A DNA stretch of 34,782 nt, from positions 1-34,782 of IMG/VR virus record IMGVR_UViG_3300020239_000010; one strand, given 5' to 3'. The notes beneath the pieces were generated by a model, which saw nothing but the letters and a program-made list of their open reading frames with translations, searched no databases and was not told the origin of the DNA. Shown one piece after another: positions 25,162-34,782 of the stretch (its first letter is position 1; each line of letters starts with the position of its first letter). This DNA is from a virus. Lineage: Duplodnaviria; Caudoviricetes. The position numbers and the translations under genes were made by a program.

Positions 25162-28100
25162 ATGGATCCTACTATTTTGCAGTTGTCCCAAGAGGACACA
25201 AATTTTTTATCTGACCAAGTAGACGTCAATCAACAAGATCTGGTTGAGCAGCAGCGTCTAAAAGAAGAACAAGAGCGTGCTTTACAAGAGGAGCAGCAAC
25301 AAGAACAACAACAAGAGGAAGTACAGACTAATCCACTGCAAGCATTAGGTGATGCCGCCCTTGAGATTGCCGAGGCACGTGAAACAAGTCCAATCGCCAC
25401 TGAATCTAGGAACGCTCTCAACAACGCAGCTTTGCGGTTTGGTGAAAGTGTAACTACTTTCCCTGAGCGCATTAGTGATGCTGCTAAGGGGGAAGACATT
25501 GGTGACCCCAACTACGAACCTGAGTGGAACCCAATCGGTGACTTTGTTGAGTTCAGAGGTGGCTATGCACCTGTCACTACTTGGTGGGGCAACATGGCAG
25601 AAGAGCTTGCTTACTACGGTTCTTACGGTGTTGCCGTCACGGCTGGATCTGCAGCAGCAGGTATTTCACTTGGAGCTGCAGGTGTCAGCATGACCTCTGC
25701 AGGTGTTGCAGCTCTTGTTTCTAAACAGCACGACGATCACAACCTGTCTGGAAAGATTGTCCAGCATGTACCTGAAATGGGCATTGTTCTTGGCCCTCTT
25801 GCTACGCAAGACGAAGACCACCCTCTTCTCAAAAAACTAAAGAACGTTGTTGAAGAGATGGGTATGGCAGGCATCTTTGACCGAGTAATCGGCAAGATGT
25901 TTGGCGAACGTGGTGTTGACAAAGCTTTTGCTCGTGAAGCCAACGTGGCTGAGCAGGTCTTGGAAAAAGGTCAGCAAGAGCTTGACGACGCTATGGCGTA
26001 TGTCCGTGACATCAATCTCGACACACCCCAGTTAGGCGGTGATGTCGTTGATGTTGATGTAATTCCTGATCCCAAACCGCTGCAAAGCGGAGCTGATAAA
26101 GTTCTCCCTCCGCAGCTTGCTTTCCGTGGTCACAAGAACAAGCCTATTGCTGATCCGTGGCAAGGCAGCCCTAACTCGACTGCACCCGCTGGTGACATTT
26201 ACGAACAGCTCAACAAGATCGACGATCCCAACGTTCCTGGTGGCGCTGCAGGTTCTACCGATTCACCGCTTACTCCTGCCCAGGCAGAGCGTATGGCTAA
26301 TGAAAACGGTATTCCTAGCGATGTGTTGCAGGAAAAAGCTGCTGAGCTGCTAGGCGATGCTCGTTATCAGCGTATGGTTCAAGACCTCAAATCTAAGGGC
26401 CGTACTTTCCGCCAAGTCTTTGGACCTGCTTACGAACGTATGCAGAAAGTCATGGGTCGCAACCTAGATAACATGTCCGCCGAAGAGTTCTGGGCACCAA
26501 TCGATGCCTACAACAAAGACGTGGCAAACTTGGGTGACGAGACCTACGAGCTGTGGAGCATGGAAAACGTGGTCGCTGCTGACCTCGTCAACTCTTCACT
26601 GTTCAAGCAACTACGTGACCTGTCTATTGGATCGCGTGAGCTAATGGCACAGGGCGTTGACATCGCTGATATTGACGGTCCACTGAAGACCATCCGTGAT
26701 CGACTGATCATTGGCCTTTCTGAAGTCAAGAAACGTCGTTACCTCTGGGGTATCCAAGGTCAACAACTGCAGCTTGCTCCTGAACAGATTGCTGAACGCT
26801 TTACTCAAATCCATACACAAACCAAGGAAAGCATCGACACTGCTCTTCAGTTCATGGGGCAAACCAAGAACCAAGATGTAATGGAAGCTATTATTGAAGC
26901 TTTTAGCGGTGCCGACAACATCCATAACTGGACTGATCTTGACGCCTTCATGCGTCGTCGTCTGCATGGTATGAGTAATAAAAACCAGACTCTTAAAGAA
27001 CTTGGTGGTGTTTTTGTCAACAGTGTCCTAAGCGGCCTGAAGACCGCTCAGCGTGCCCTTGTGGGTACTGGTGAGATTATGGGTCTTCAAAGCCTTGGTA
27101 AAGGTGTAGGAGGCGCTCTCCTGGGCGATCTTGACACAGCTCGCGCCAGCATGGCTTCGTTTAAGTCACACATGGAAGTGATTCCTGAAGCTTGGACTGT
27201 TTTCACTAAACGCCTCAACAGTTACTGGACTGGTGATTTTGCTGACATGCGTAATCGTTTCAGTGAGTACAACACCACTGACCAGATGTGGGCAATGCAA
27301 GAGCAATGGATTGAGCAACGCGGAACCGTTGGTGACAAGTTCTCCTATGCCATTGGTTGGATTGCGCGGGGCTTGAATGACAACCGTCTGCTGTCCTACT
27401 CACCACGACTGCTGTCGTCCGTTGACGATACCTATAAGTTCATCATGGCACGTGCCAGGGCTAAGGAACGCTCTGTACGTAAAGTGCTTGAGATGAAACG
27501 TGGTGGCGATCTACTGGAAGCTACTGCAGATGATTACAAGCAATATGAAGATCTCTTCTACAAAGAACTTTTGGATGCTGATGGCAACATCGACATTACT
27601 AAAGATGCGTTCCTTGAGGGCATGTACAAAGAAGCAACTCTTACAGAAGAGTTGACTGGCTTTGCTGCAAACCTAGACAAATTGATCGGTCAGTATCCAA
27701 TGCTGCGTCCGTTCTACTTGTTTGCACGCACAGGTATCAATGGTCTTGATATGAATGTCAAGAACATGCCGCTTATCGGTGCGTTCCGTAAACGTACTCT
27801 CGATGTCCTAACTGCTAACGAAGACAACCTTCTTGAGAAAGTTGGCAAGTATGGCATCAACTCTATGGAAGACCTGCGTAACGAAAAGGCTCTTCTTGCT
27901 GGTCGTCAAGCTATTGGCCTCGGTGTGACTATTAGTGGCACACAGATGTACCTCAATGGCAACATGACTGGTGACGGTCCTATGGATGAACAACTGAAGC
28001 AAGCTTGGATTGCTGCAGGTTGGAAACCTAGGTCTATAAAAATTGGTGGTGCATGGGTTAGTTACGACGCCCTGGGTGAACCCTTCTCCATGATCTTGGC

Positions 28101-29001
28101 AAACATTGCCAACGTTGGAGACAACCTGGACCTGATGGGTGCTGAATGGGCAGAGGATCACTGGAAGAAAATGGCTGCAGCTCTTGCAGCAGGACCACTT
28201 AAAAAGTCCTATTTCTCCGGTCTTGACTCTTTGTTCCAACTGGTAAACATGAAACCAGAAGGTTCTGCTCGTGCTATTGGCAGCATCATGAACAACATTG
28301 TTCCGATGTCCAGCCTTCGTAATGAGTTTGGTCGGATTATCAATCCGTACATGCGTGAGCTTAATGCTGACATTTTCGAGTCTATTCGTAACCGCAACCT
28401 TGCTAGTGAGTATCTAGCTACTGATCCACTGCCGTTGAAGTATGACATGTTGACAGGTAAGCCTCTCAACAGTTGGAACTTCCTTCAACGTGCATGGAAC
28501 GCAGTTACTCCATTCCAAATCAACTTTGACGACAACAGTCCTGGCCGTCGCCTTTTGCTTGAAAGTAATTACCCGATTCGTGAGTCTGTCTACAGCGCCA
28601 ATGGTTACGACCTTAGCGATGCTGCAGACGTGCGTTCAATGCTTCAACAAGCAATGGGTAACGCTCAAATTAACTTTGGTGGCCGTACATTTGAAAACCC
28701 ACAAGCTGCACTTGACCACCTTGCAAGCCGTAAGGATGTTCAAGAGTCTATTCAGGACATGCGTCGTGAACTTGAAGCTGGTAACCGATTTATGGATCCC
28801 AGTAAGAGTTTCAAGCATGTTGACCTAATCGAGCTTGTAATGGCTCAAGCTAAAGATAAAGCTTGGGCACAGATCAGCCAAGACCCGGCAGTTCAACTGT
28901 TGGTTGAAGAACAGGATGAAAAAGACCGGCAAGAGGTTCGGACGAGAGCAAACCAAACTATTGAAAACTCCGCCCCTGCTTTGATACTTACCAATAAGTA
29001 A
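25162..29001 (+). CDS. Internal virion protein D (gp16 homologue)
   Basis: 1279 aa, directly before the tail fibre; PFYLFART, TGDGP, GWKPRSIKIG, WVSY..LGEPF. Confidence 0.85.
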   Translation: MDPTILQLSQEDTNFLSDQVDVNQQDLVEQQRLKEEQERALQEEQQQEQQQEEVQTNPLQALGDAALEIAEARETSPIATESRNALNNAALRFGESVTTFPERISDAAKGEDIGDPNYEPEWNPIGDFVEFRGGYAPVTTWWGNMAEELAYYGSYGVAVTAGSAAAGISLGAAGVSMTSAGVAALVSKQHDDHNLSGKIVQHVPEMGIVLGPLATQDEDHPLLKKLKNVVEEMGMAGIFDRVIGKMFGERGVDKAFAREANVAEQVLEKGQQELDDAMAYVRDINLDTPQLGGDVVDVDVIPDPKPLQSGADKVLPPQLAFRGHKNKPIADPWQGSPNSTAPAGDIYEQLNKIDDPNVPGGAAGSTDSPLTPAQAERMANENGIPSDVLQEKAAELLGDARYQRMVQDLKSKGRTFRQVFGPAYERMQKVMGRNLDNMSAEEFWAPIDAYNKDVANLGDETYELWSMENVVAADLVNSSLFKQLRDLSIGSRELMAQGVDIADIDGPLKTIRDRLIIGLSEVKKRRYLWGIQGQQLQLAPEQIAERFTQIHTQTKESIDTALQFMGQTKNQDVMEAIIEAFSGADNIHNWTDLDAFMRRRLHGMSNKNQTLKELGGVFVNSVLSGLKTAQRALVGTGEIMGLQSLGKGVGGALLGDLDTARASMASFKSHMEVIPEAWTVFTKRLNSYWTGDFADMRNRFSEYNTTDQMWAMQEQWIEQRGTVGDKFSYAIGWIARGLNDNRLLSYSPRLLSSVDDTYKFIMARARAKERSVRKVLEMKRGGDLLEATADDYKQYEDLFYKELLDADGNIDITKDAFLEGMYKEATLTEELTGFAANLDKLIGQYPMLRPFYLFARTGINGLDMNVKNMPLIGAFRKRTLDVLTANEDNLLEKVGKYGINSMEDLRNEKALLAGRQAIGLGVTISGTQMYLNGNMTGDGPMDEQLKQAWIAAGWKPRSIKIGGAWVSYDALGEPFSMILANIANVGDNLDLMGAEWAEDHWKKMAAALAAGPLKKSYFSGLDSLFQLVNMKPEGSARAIGSIMNNIVPMSSLRNEFGRIINPYMRELNADIFESIRNRNLASEYLATDPLPLKYDMLTGKPLNSWNFLQRAWNAVTPFQINFDDNSPGRRLLLESNYPIRESVYSANGYDLSDAADVRSMLQQAMGNAQINFGGRTFENPQAALDHLASRKDVQESIQDMRRELEAGNRFMDPSKSFKHVDLIELVMAQAKDKAWAQISQDPAVQLLVEEQDEKDRQEVRTRANQTIENSAPALILTNK

Positions 29002-30896
29002 TGGCAACTACACTTACAACTGAACACTCTTATACAGGTAATGGCTCCACCACCAATTACTCTGTCACATTTGCATATCTCAAAGAAGCAGATGTCAAGG
29101 TAACTCTTGATCATGTTGCTACAACTGCATTCACATTTGCTAACGCCACTACTATCCAGTTCACTACTGCTCCTGCAAATGGAGTCAAGATCCGTATCTT
29201 CCGTGATACTGATGTAGATGCAGCCCGATTTGTTTTTGCTTCGGGCTCTGCTCTTAAAGCAGGCGAACTAAACGAAAACTTGGATCAGCTTTTGTATGCT
29301 GATCAAGAAAGAGCTAGTACTGACAACATTGCTGACGAAGCTGTTACCACAGCAAAACTGCGCGATGGTGCTGTTACATCAGCAAAACTGGCTAACAATA
29401 CAGTTATCGCAACCACCATCAACAATGGTGCGGTAACTACAGACAAACTGGCCGCTGACGCCGTCAACGGTTCAAAGATTGCCGATGACAGCATCGACTC
29501 TGAACACTACGTCGATGGGTCGATTGACACGGCACACATTGGTGATACTCAAGTCACCACAGCCAAGATTGCTGACGATGCTGTAACTGCAGACAAACTA
29601 GCAGACACGGCTGTCACTGCCGGTAGTTACACGGCTGCTGACATCACTGTCGATGCTCAGGGCCGAGTTACTGCTGCATCAAACGGTGTAATTAGCACTG
29701 CTGAAATTGCTAATGATGCTGTAACCACAGCCAAGATTGCAAATTCTGCAGTCACTACAGATAAAATTGCTGACGGTACGATTGTCAATGCAGACATCAA
29801 CGCCTCTGCTGCCATTGACGGTAGCAAGCTTGATGTTGAACTTGATGACCTGTCCAATGTTTCTGCCCCGAGCCCCTCAGTAAACGAGCTGTTGAAATGG
29901 AACGGCACTAACTGGGTCCCCGGTTCTGTTTCTGGTGCAGGTACTGTTACTAGCGTTGCTACAGGCACAGGATTGACTGGTGGTACTATCACCGCTGGTG
30001 GCACCATTTCTGTCGCTACTGGTGGCATTGACACGGCTCAACTTGCTGATGATGCAGTTGATGCAACTAAACTGGCAGACACTGCTGTTACTGCTGGTAG
30101 TTATACCGCTGCTGATATTACTGTTGACGCACAAGGACGAATTACTGCAGCTTCTAATGGTCAGGTTTCTACCTCAGAAATTGCTAGTAACGCTGTAACT
30201 TCTGGCAAACTTGCAGCAGATGCAGTAACGACTGCCAAAATTGCTGACGACGCTGTAACCGCTGCAAAGCTTGCAGACACCTCTGTGACTGCTGGTTCTT
30301 ACGGTTCTAGCACAAGCGTTCCTTCGATCACTGTAGACGCACAGGGACGTATTACAGCAGCTTCTGGTAACACGATTTCTACTGATGTCGTTTCAGACAC
30401 CACGCCTCAACTCGGTGGTGATCTTGACGTTCAAGCTAACGAAATCAATACCAGCACTACTAACGGCAACATCAAACTAAACCCCAATGGAACTGGTGTT
30501 GTCGAAGTAAAAGGTGCTGGTGGTAACGATGGCGTGTTGCAACTCAACTGTTCTGCTAACAGCCATGGTGTCAAAATCAAGTCACCTCCACACAGTGCTG
30601 CTGCTTCTTACACGTTGACGCTGCCAGACAACGATGGCAATGCGGATCAAGTTCTGAAGACTGATGGATCTGGTGCGTTGTCTTGGGTTGACCAAGGCGG
30701 AGGTGGAGCCACTGGCGGAGGCACTGACACAGTGTTCCAAGAAAACAAACTGACTGTCAGCACTAACTACACCATCGGTACAAACATTGGTGGTAGTGCT
30801 TCTGTCGGTACTGGAGCCAGTTGTGTCGGCCCAATCACTGTGGCATCAGGTGTCACCCTTACTGTTCCTGCTAACGCTCGTCTAGTTGTTCTTTAA
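29001..30896 (+). CDS. Tail fibre protein (gp17 homologue)
   Basis: T7 gp17-type N-terminus (YTGNGSTTNYSVTFAYL, IRIFRDT, LNEN..QLLY..QE) followed by AVTTAKIAD repeats. Confidence 0.93.
   Translation: MATTLTTEHSYTGNGSTTNYSVTFAYLKEADVKVTLDHVATTAFTFANATTIQFTTAPANGVKIRIFRDTDVDAARFVFASGSALKAGELNENLDQLLYADQERASTDNIADEAVTTAKLRDGAVTSAKLANNTVIATTINNGAVTTDKLAADAVNGSKIADDSIDSEHYVDGSIDTAHIGDTQVTTAKIADDAVTADKLADTAVTAGSYTAADITVDAQGRVTAASNGVISTAEIANDAVTTAKIANSAVTTDKIADGTIVNADINASAAIDGSKLDVELDDLSNVSAPSPSVNELLKWNGTNWVPGSVSGAGTVTSVATGTGLTGGTITAGGTISVATGGIDTAQLADDAVDATKLADTAVTAGSYTAADITVDAQGRITAASNGQVSTSEIASNAVTSGKLAADAVTTAKIADDAVTAAKLADTSVTAGSYGSSTSVPSITVDAQGRITAASGNTISTDVVSDTTPQLGGDLDVQANEINTSTTNGNIKLNPNGTGVVEVKGAGGNDGVLQLNCSANSHGVKIKSPPHSAAASYTLTLPDNDGNADQVLKTDGSGALSWVDQGGGGATGGGTDTVFQENKLTVSTNYTIGTNIGGSASVGTGASCVGPITVASGVTLTVPANARLVVL
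29571..30368 (+). repeat. Three dispersed ~39-codon internal repeats in the tail fibre
   Basis: ADDAV...KLADTAVTAGSYT..ITVDAQGR.TAAS at about 29571-29687, 30045-30161 and 30243-30368; third codon positions have diverged. Confidence 0.85.
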
Positions 30897-30898
30897 TC

Positions 30899-31117
30899 AT
30901 GCCTCTTACTCTTACTGGTGCCGGAGTTGTCTCTGGCATCGCAGACGCTGGTCTGCCTGATGTCATCGCTGATGGCATCTTCATTAAAAACATTAAGAAT
31001 GTGTCCAGTAACGAAACTCTGAGTGGCACGTATAACTGGGGCTCTTTTGGCCCCATTTCTATTGACAACAACGTCACAGTGACTATTGGCACTGGCGCAA
31101 CCTGGAGTATCGTATGA
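30899..31117 (+). CDS. 72-aa tail-associated protein resembling the tail-fibre C-terminal module
   Basis: IFIKNIKNVSSNETL...GSFGPISIDNNVTVTIGTGATWSIV parallels gp17 VFQENKLTVSTNYTI...SCVGPITVASGVTLTVPANARLVVL. Confidence 0.75.
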   Translation: MPLTLTGAGVVSGIADAGLPDVIADGIFIKNIKNVSSNETLSGTYNWGSFGPISIDNNVTVTIGTGATWSIV

Positions 31118-31521
31118 GCACACTATCAACTGCAAATATCACAAGTAAGGCGGCAAACACACCGCCAGTAATTAAAGATGTAAACGGTACGGAATGTGGT
31201 ACGTTCTGTCGGGCTTGGGTCAATTTTGACGGCATTGGTACTGTTACAATTAGGGATTCATTCAATGTCAGTTCGATTACTGACAACGGTACTGGTGCTT
31301 ATTCAGTAAACTTTGCTAATGCTATGGCTAACGCCAATTATTGTACATCAGTCCTGACTCAATTTGACAATACTAATGCAGTAACTACAGGTGGTTCTGC
31401 CGTATTTCCTGAATATGCAAGAGCCGCATACAGTACAACACAAGTGCATGTAATTATGGGTATTTATACCGGAGCACTGTACGACTGTAAAACAGTATCA
31501 GTTGCAGTTTTCGGGAGTTGA
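31114..31521 (+). CDS. Tail-fibre tip-like protein, paralogue 1
   Basis: RAWVNFDG.GTVTIRDSFNVSSITDNGTGAYSVNFANAMANANY. Confidence 0.8.
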   Translation: MSTLSTANITSKAANTPPVIKDVNGTECGTFCRAWVNFDGIGTVTIRDSFNVSSITDNGTGAYSVNFANAMANANYCTSVLTQFDNTNAVTTGGSAVFPEYARAAYSTTQVHVIMGIYTGALYDCKTVSVAVFGS

Positions 31522-31524
31522 CCT

Positions 31525-31920
31525 ATGAGCACACTTAAAACATCTAACATTCAAGACACTTCAGGCAATAACAATTCAACGCCTGAAGAGATCAATCAGG
31601 GTCGGGCTAAGGCGTGGGTCAACTTTAATGGCACTGGTACGGTTGCTATCCGCGATTCGTTCAACGTTAGCTCTATTACTGACACCGGTACTGGTGCTTA
31701 CACGGTGAACTTTAGTACGGCAATGGCGAATGCTAATTACGTCGCTGTCATTAGTGCAGCGTTTGGGGGTTCCTATAACTTTGCAATGCCGAACACTATA
31801 GGACAAGGAGGTACTTTGGCTGATTCAACAGTAAATTCACACAGATTTTCGGTCGTAGTTTATAACGCTTCAGCCTGGTCTGATAGTCCACATATCCACT
31901 TTGCAGTCTTCGGAGGTTGA
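31525..31920 (+). CDS. Tail-fibre tip-like protein, paralogue 2
   Basis: KAWVNFNG.GTVAIRDSFNVSSITDTGTGAYTVNFSTAMANANY. Confidence 0.8.
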   Translation: MSTLKTSNIQDTSGNNNSTPEEINQGRAKAWVNFNGTGTVAIRDSFNVSSITDTGTGAYTVNFSTAMANANYVAVISAAFGGSYNFAMPNTIGQGGTLADSTVNSHRFSVVVYNASAWSDSPHIHFAVFGG

Positions 31921-31923
31921 CCC

Positions 31924-32310
31924 ATGAGTACACTCAAAGTAGATAACCTGCTTAACGCAGCAGGTAACCAAAGTCCAATCAGTGTCCCTGGTGCGGCTAA
32001 GGCGTGGGTTGATTTTAACGGAAGAGGAACTGTTGCCATCAGAGACAGTTTCAATGTCAGTTCGATTACTGACAATGGTACAGGTGATTACACTGTAAAT
32101 TTTTCAAGCAATATGCCAGATACAAATTATTGCGTATCTGGAACTGTTGCAGACCTTGCTAGTGGTTCAGGTCACAGATGGCTTTCTATTGGCTCTGGTT
32201 CTTATGGTGCTTTTGCAAAATCAGCCAGTTCTATAAGAGTTCATACTGTTTGGGACGCTTCTAACAAGTTAGATGCCGATCACGTTTTTGTTGTTATCCA
32301 CGGCAACTGA
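31924..32310 (+). CDS. Tail-fibre tip-like protein, paralogue 3
   Basis: KAWVDFNG.GTVAIRDSFNVSSITDNGTGDYTVNFSSNMPDTNY. Confidence 0.8.
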   Translation: MSTLKVDNLLNAAGNQSPISVPGAAKAWVDFNGRGTVAIRDSFNVSSITDNGTGDYTVNFSSNMPDTNYCVSGTVADLASGSGHRWLSIGSGSYGAFAKSASSIRVHTVWDASNKLDADHVFVVIHGN

Positions 32311-32336
32311 CACATCCCTTCTATTTATTTTTTAAC

Positions 32337-32744
32337 ATGTCTAAAATTATTTACACTAACTCTGAAGGCGGCGTGTCGGTCGTCCATCCTACTGGTGAAG
32401 TTCCGATTAGTGAGCTTCCTGCACGTCTTGGTTTGACTGATTACGAAATTGTTGACGACGAAGTAATCCCTACCGACCGTACCTTCCGTAACGCCTGGGT
32501 CAAGTCTGGCTCAACTGTTGCAGAAGACCTGCCTAAGTCCAAAGAAATTGCCCATGAGCGTCGTCGTGCCGCTCGTGCAGAAGAGTTCAAGCCTCATGAT
32601 GAAGTGATCTCTAAACAGATCCCTGGTGCTGACGCTACTGCTGCTGAAGCTGCTCGCGCTCAAATCCGTACTAAGTATGCAACCATGCAAGATGCGATTG
32701 AGGCAGCGACCACGACTGCTGAAATCAAAACTGCATTGGGCTGA
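32337..32744 (+). CDS. Putative tail-fibre assembly/chaperone protein
   Basis: IIY....GVSVVHP, IPTDRTFRNAW, helical C-terminus; context in the tail module. Confidence 0.7.
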   Translation: MSKIIYTNSEGGVSVVHPTGEVPISELPARLGLTDYEIVDDEVIPTDRTFRNAWVKSGSTVAEDLPKSKEIAHERRRAARAEEFKPHDEVISKQIPGADATAAEAARAQIRTKYATMQDAIEAATTTAEIKTALG

Positions 32745-33436
32745 TGAGTATTAAACTAACAGGTGCAACGTCTGGTTCTATTGAACTGGACGTTCCCGCC
32801 GCCGTAAGTGGCGGTGATATTTCTTTGACACTGCCTAATGGTGTAGGCACTGCTGACCAAGTTCTTAAAAACGGCAGCACTCCTGGAACGCTTGAGTTTG
32901 CACAACCGAAAGCTCAACCTGGACAGGTTATTGAAACGATTGCAGGGCTTTGCAACGGAGTATCCCAAACTGTTGGCAGCGGAACTTATACGTTTGCCAA
33001 TGTAACTGCTGCTCAAGACTTGACAACATCTTATGCAGATGTAACTGGATCTTCATTTACTTACACACCTCCAAGTGAAACAAAGGTCGTTGTTTATGAT
33101 TTTCAGGTGCAAGTTGCTTATGCCGGAGCTGGTTTGCCATTGTGCCACTTCAAATTTTTTGTAGACAGTTCTGAGGTCACAAGAGCTAGAACTTCTGCAT
33201 TTCCATACTACGATGGGCAACACCGCATTAGAGTGCCCTTAAGTGTTGGCAATGCCACTGAGGATATTGCAAACGGTAAAATTGGTACTTGGACTAGCGA
33301 CAAAACTTTGAAGATTCAATGTAGAGAGTACCACGCTAGCGCTAATCCAGCCAAATTACATCACAATTACCATTGGGATGGAACCGCTGGCAACATCTTT
33401 AACGGTCCAAGCCTTTCAATTACATCTATTGCATAA
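32744..33436 (+). CDS. Tail-associated beta-rich protein
   Basis: MSIKLTGATSGSIEL..P...LTLP..GTADQVLK N-terminus resembles the gp17 segment YTLTLPDNDGNADQVLKTDG. Confidence 0.75.
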   Translation: MSIKLTGATSGSIELDVPAAVSGGDISLTLPNGVGTADQVLKNGSTPGTLEFAQPKAQPGQVIETIAGLCNGVSQTVGSGTYTFANVTAAQDLTTSYADVTGSSFTYTPPSETKVVVYDFQVQVAYAGAGLPLCHFKFFVDSSEVTRARTSAFPYYDGQHRIRVPLSVGNATEDIANGKIGTWTSDKTLKIQCREYHASANPAKLHHNYHWDGTAGNIFNGPSLSITSIA

Positions 33437-33438
33437 TT

Positions 33439-33609
33439 ATGGAACTTCCTTATCAATGCGACCGCCGGATGTCTTACGGCACATTCGGATCACAACTTGA
33501 CATGCTTTGGCACGCTATCGACGCTGACGAAGATCTCAAAGTAAAGTTTGCAGAGTTCTATAACCACTGCAAAGCTGTAAAAGAACAATACCCTGCACCG
33601 GAGGGTTAA
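33439..33609 (+). CDS. 56-aa tail-module helical protein (chaperone-like)
   Basis: Manual read MELPYQCDRRMSYGTFGSQLDMLWHAIDADEDLKVKFAEFYNHCKAVKEQYPAPEG; fills the gap exactly. Confidence 0.7.
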   Translation: MELPYQCDRRMSYGTFGSQLDMLWHAIDADEDLKVKFAEFYNHCKAVKEQYPAPEG

Positions 33610-34782
33610 ATGAGCGTAATTAAAGTAAATAAAATGGAATCCACTGGCACAACTGCCGGTGGTGTTGAGGTTGATTCAAGTGGGCACGTAACAGTTGATG
33701 GCGTGCAGATGCCGTCTGCTGGGGCGTTGAGTAACAGAAACCTTGTCATAAATGGCGGGATGACTGTATCGCAACGCGGAACTAGCAGTTCATTTGCTCA
33801 TGATGGAACAACTACTGGGTATTCACTGGACAGGATGTCGTTTGTAACGGCAAACCTAGAGTCGCTTGACTGTACGATTACTCAAAGCACTGACGCTCCT
33901 GCAGGGTTCTCAAAAAGCTTAAAGTTCACTACAGGAACCCCAGAAGCAGCGATTAACGCTAACGATATTGTCTATATTCAAACACTTATCGAAGCGCAAA
34001 ACCTTCAGCATTTACAGTACGGAACATCCTCTGCGCAAACACTTACTCTGTCTTTCTATGTAAAGTCGTCAGTAACTGGCACCTATGGATGCAGCTTTTT
34101 TCAAGATGACGGTTCTCGCAACAGAACAGCTACTTATACGATTAACACTGCTAACACCTGGGAACGCAAAGAAATAACTTTGACAGGTGATACTGGTGGA
34201 ACTATTAACAACGACAACGGTGTTGGTTTCCAAGTTGCTTGGAATTTAGCAACAGGATCTGATTGGGACTCAACAGATTCAACTGCTTGGGGCGCTTATG
34301 TTTCTTCCAGATGGGGGTATGGTCATGCTCAAGATGGTGTGATTACAACCGCTGGTGCAACTTGGCAGATCACCGGCGTCCAACTAGAAGTTGGCGAGAA
34401 GGCGACAACGTTTGAGCACAGAAGCCACGGTGATGAGCTGGCTAGGTGTCAAAGGTATTACTACCGTCATACTGATGGCAGCGTACTCAATACCCATCCA
34501 GTGATGAGTGGAATGTGGTACGCCACAACGTCGGTTTACGGCGTTGTTCATTTTCCCACAGAAATGCGAGCTGCGCCAACATTACAGGTTTCTACAAACG
34601 GCAACGCTGCGGCATTTAGATGTTGGAAGCCTAGTGCTTACGGTACTTCTAGCACTGTGGGTGTTCAAAATGTGGGAAAAACTTGTGGAGCCCTTTATTT
34701 TTCCGCCATTTCATCAGCAGGAGTGGCTGGACACGGAGCGTGGGGAGAAATCAATTCTGACTCTGGTGTCCATGTTTCATTT
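33610..34782 (+). CDS. Tail fibre / receptor-binding protein with carbohydrate-binding-like domain (3' truncated by window)
   Basis: MSVIKVNKME...NRNLVINGGM.VSQRGT...TLSFYVKS...ITGVQLEVG.KAT.FEHR...EL.RCQRYY; frame appears open to the window end. Confidence 0.8.
   Translation, partial: MSVIKVNKMESTGTTAGGVEVDSSGHVTVDGVQMPSAGALSNRNLVINGGMTVSQRGTSSSFAHDGTTTGYSLDRMSFVTANLESLDCTITQSTDAPAGFSKSLKFTTGTPEAAINANDIVYIQTLIEAQNLQHLQYGTSSAQTLTLSFYVKSSVTGTYGCSFFQDDGSRNRTATYTINTANTWERKEITLTGDTGGTINNDNGVGFQVAWNLATGSDWDSTDSTAWGAYVSSRWGYGHAQDGVITTAGATWQITGVQLEVGEKATTFEHRSHGDELARCQRYYYRHTDGSVLNTHPVMSGMWYATTSVYGVVHFPTEMRAAPTLQVSTNGNAAAFRCWKPSAYGTSSTVGVQNVGKTCGALYFSAISSAGVAGHGAWGEINSDSGVHVSF

Noticed and set aside
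29300-30400. CRISPR-like or non-coding tandem repeats
   Set aside because: The repeats are in-frame protein repeats with synonymous divergence, typical of tail-fibre shafts.
31114-32310. Diversity-generating retroelement or invertible shufflon
   Set aside because: No reverse transcriptase or invertase in the window, all cassettes are intact and co-oriented, and differences are not adenine-specific.

Overview
This window is most of the genome of a marine T7-like cyanopodophage (Autographiviridae; psbA+/hli+, so P-SSP7/clade-B-like, host probably Synechococcus or Prochlorococcus). All credible genes are on the + strand and tightly coupled. Order: small early ORFs, single-subunit RNA polymerase, SSB, endonuclease I, primase-helicase, a DNA polymerase split into two overlapping frames, exonuclease, an overlapping nblA-like gene, DUF3310-like and MazG-like genes, two-subunit ribonucleotide reductase, portal, scaffold, an accessory island (hli, three very basic small proteins, a small beta-barrel-like protein, psbA, riboswitch plus DUF4278-like peptide), capsid, tail tube, internal virion proteins, tail fibre and a run of modular tail-tip genes cut by the window end. 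No integrase is seen after the RNAP. The most unusual signal is a glutamine-II (Downstream-peptide) riboswitch at about 16478-16680 whose normally short P2 hairpin encloses a complete 54-codon ORF, with its AUG paired in P2 and its stop codon inside the aptamer core. Other structured RNAs flank it: a psbA leader that hides the AUG, a tRNA-like minihelix and a capsid leader. Family assignments come from motif recognition by eye; no database search was run.
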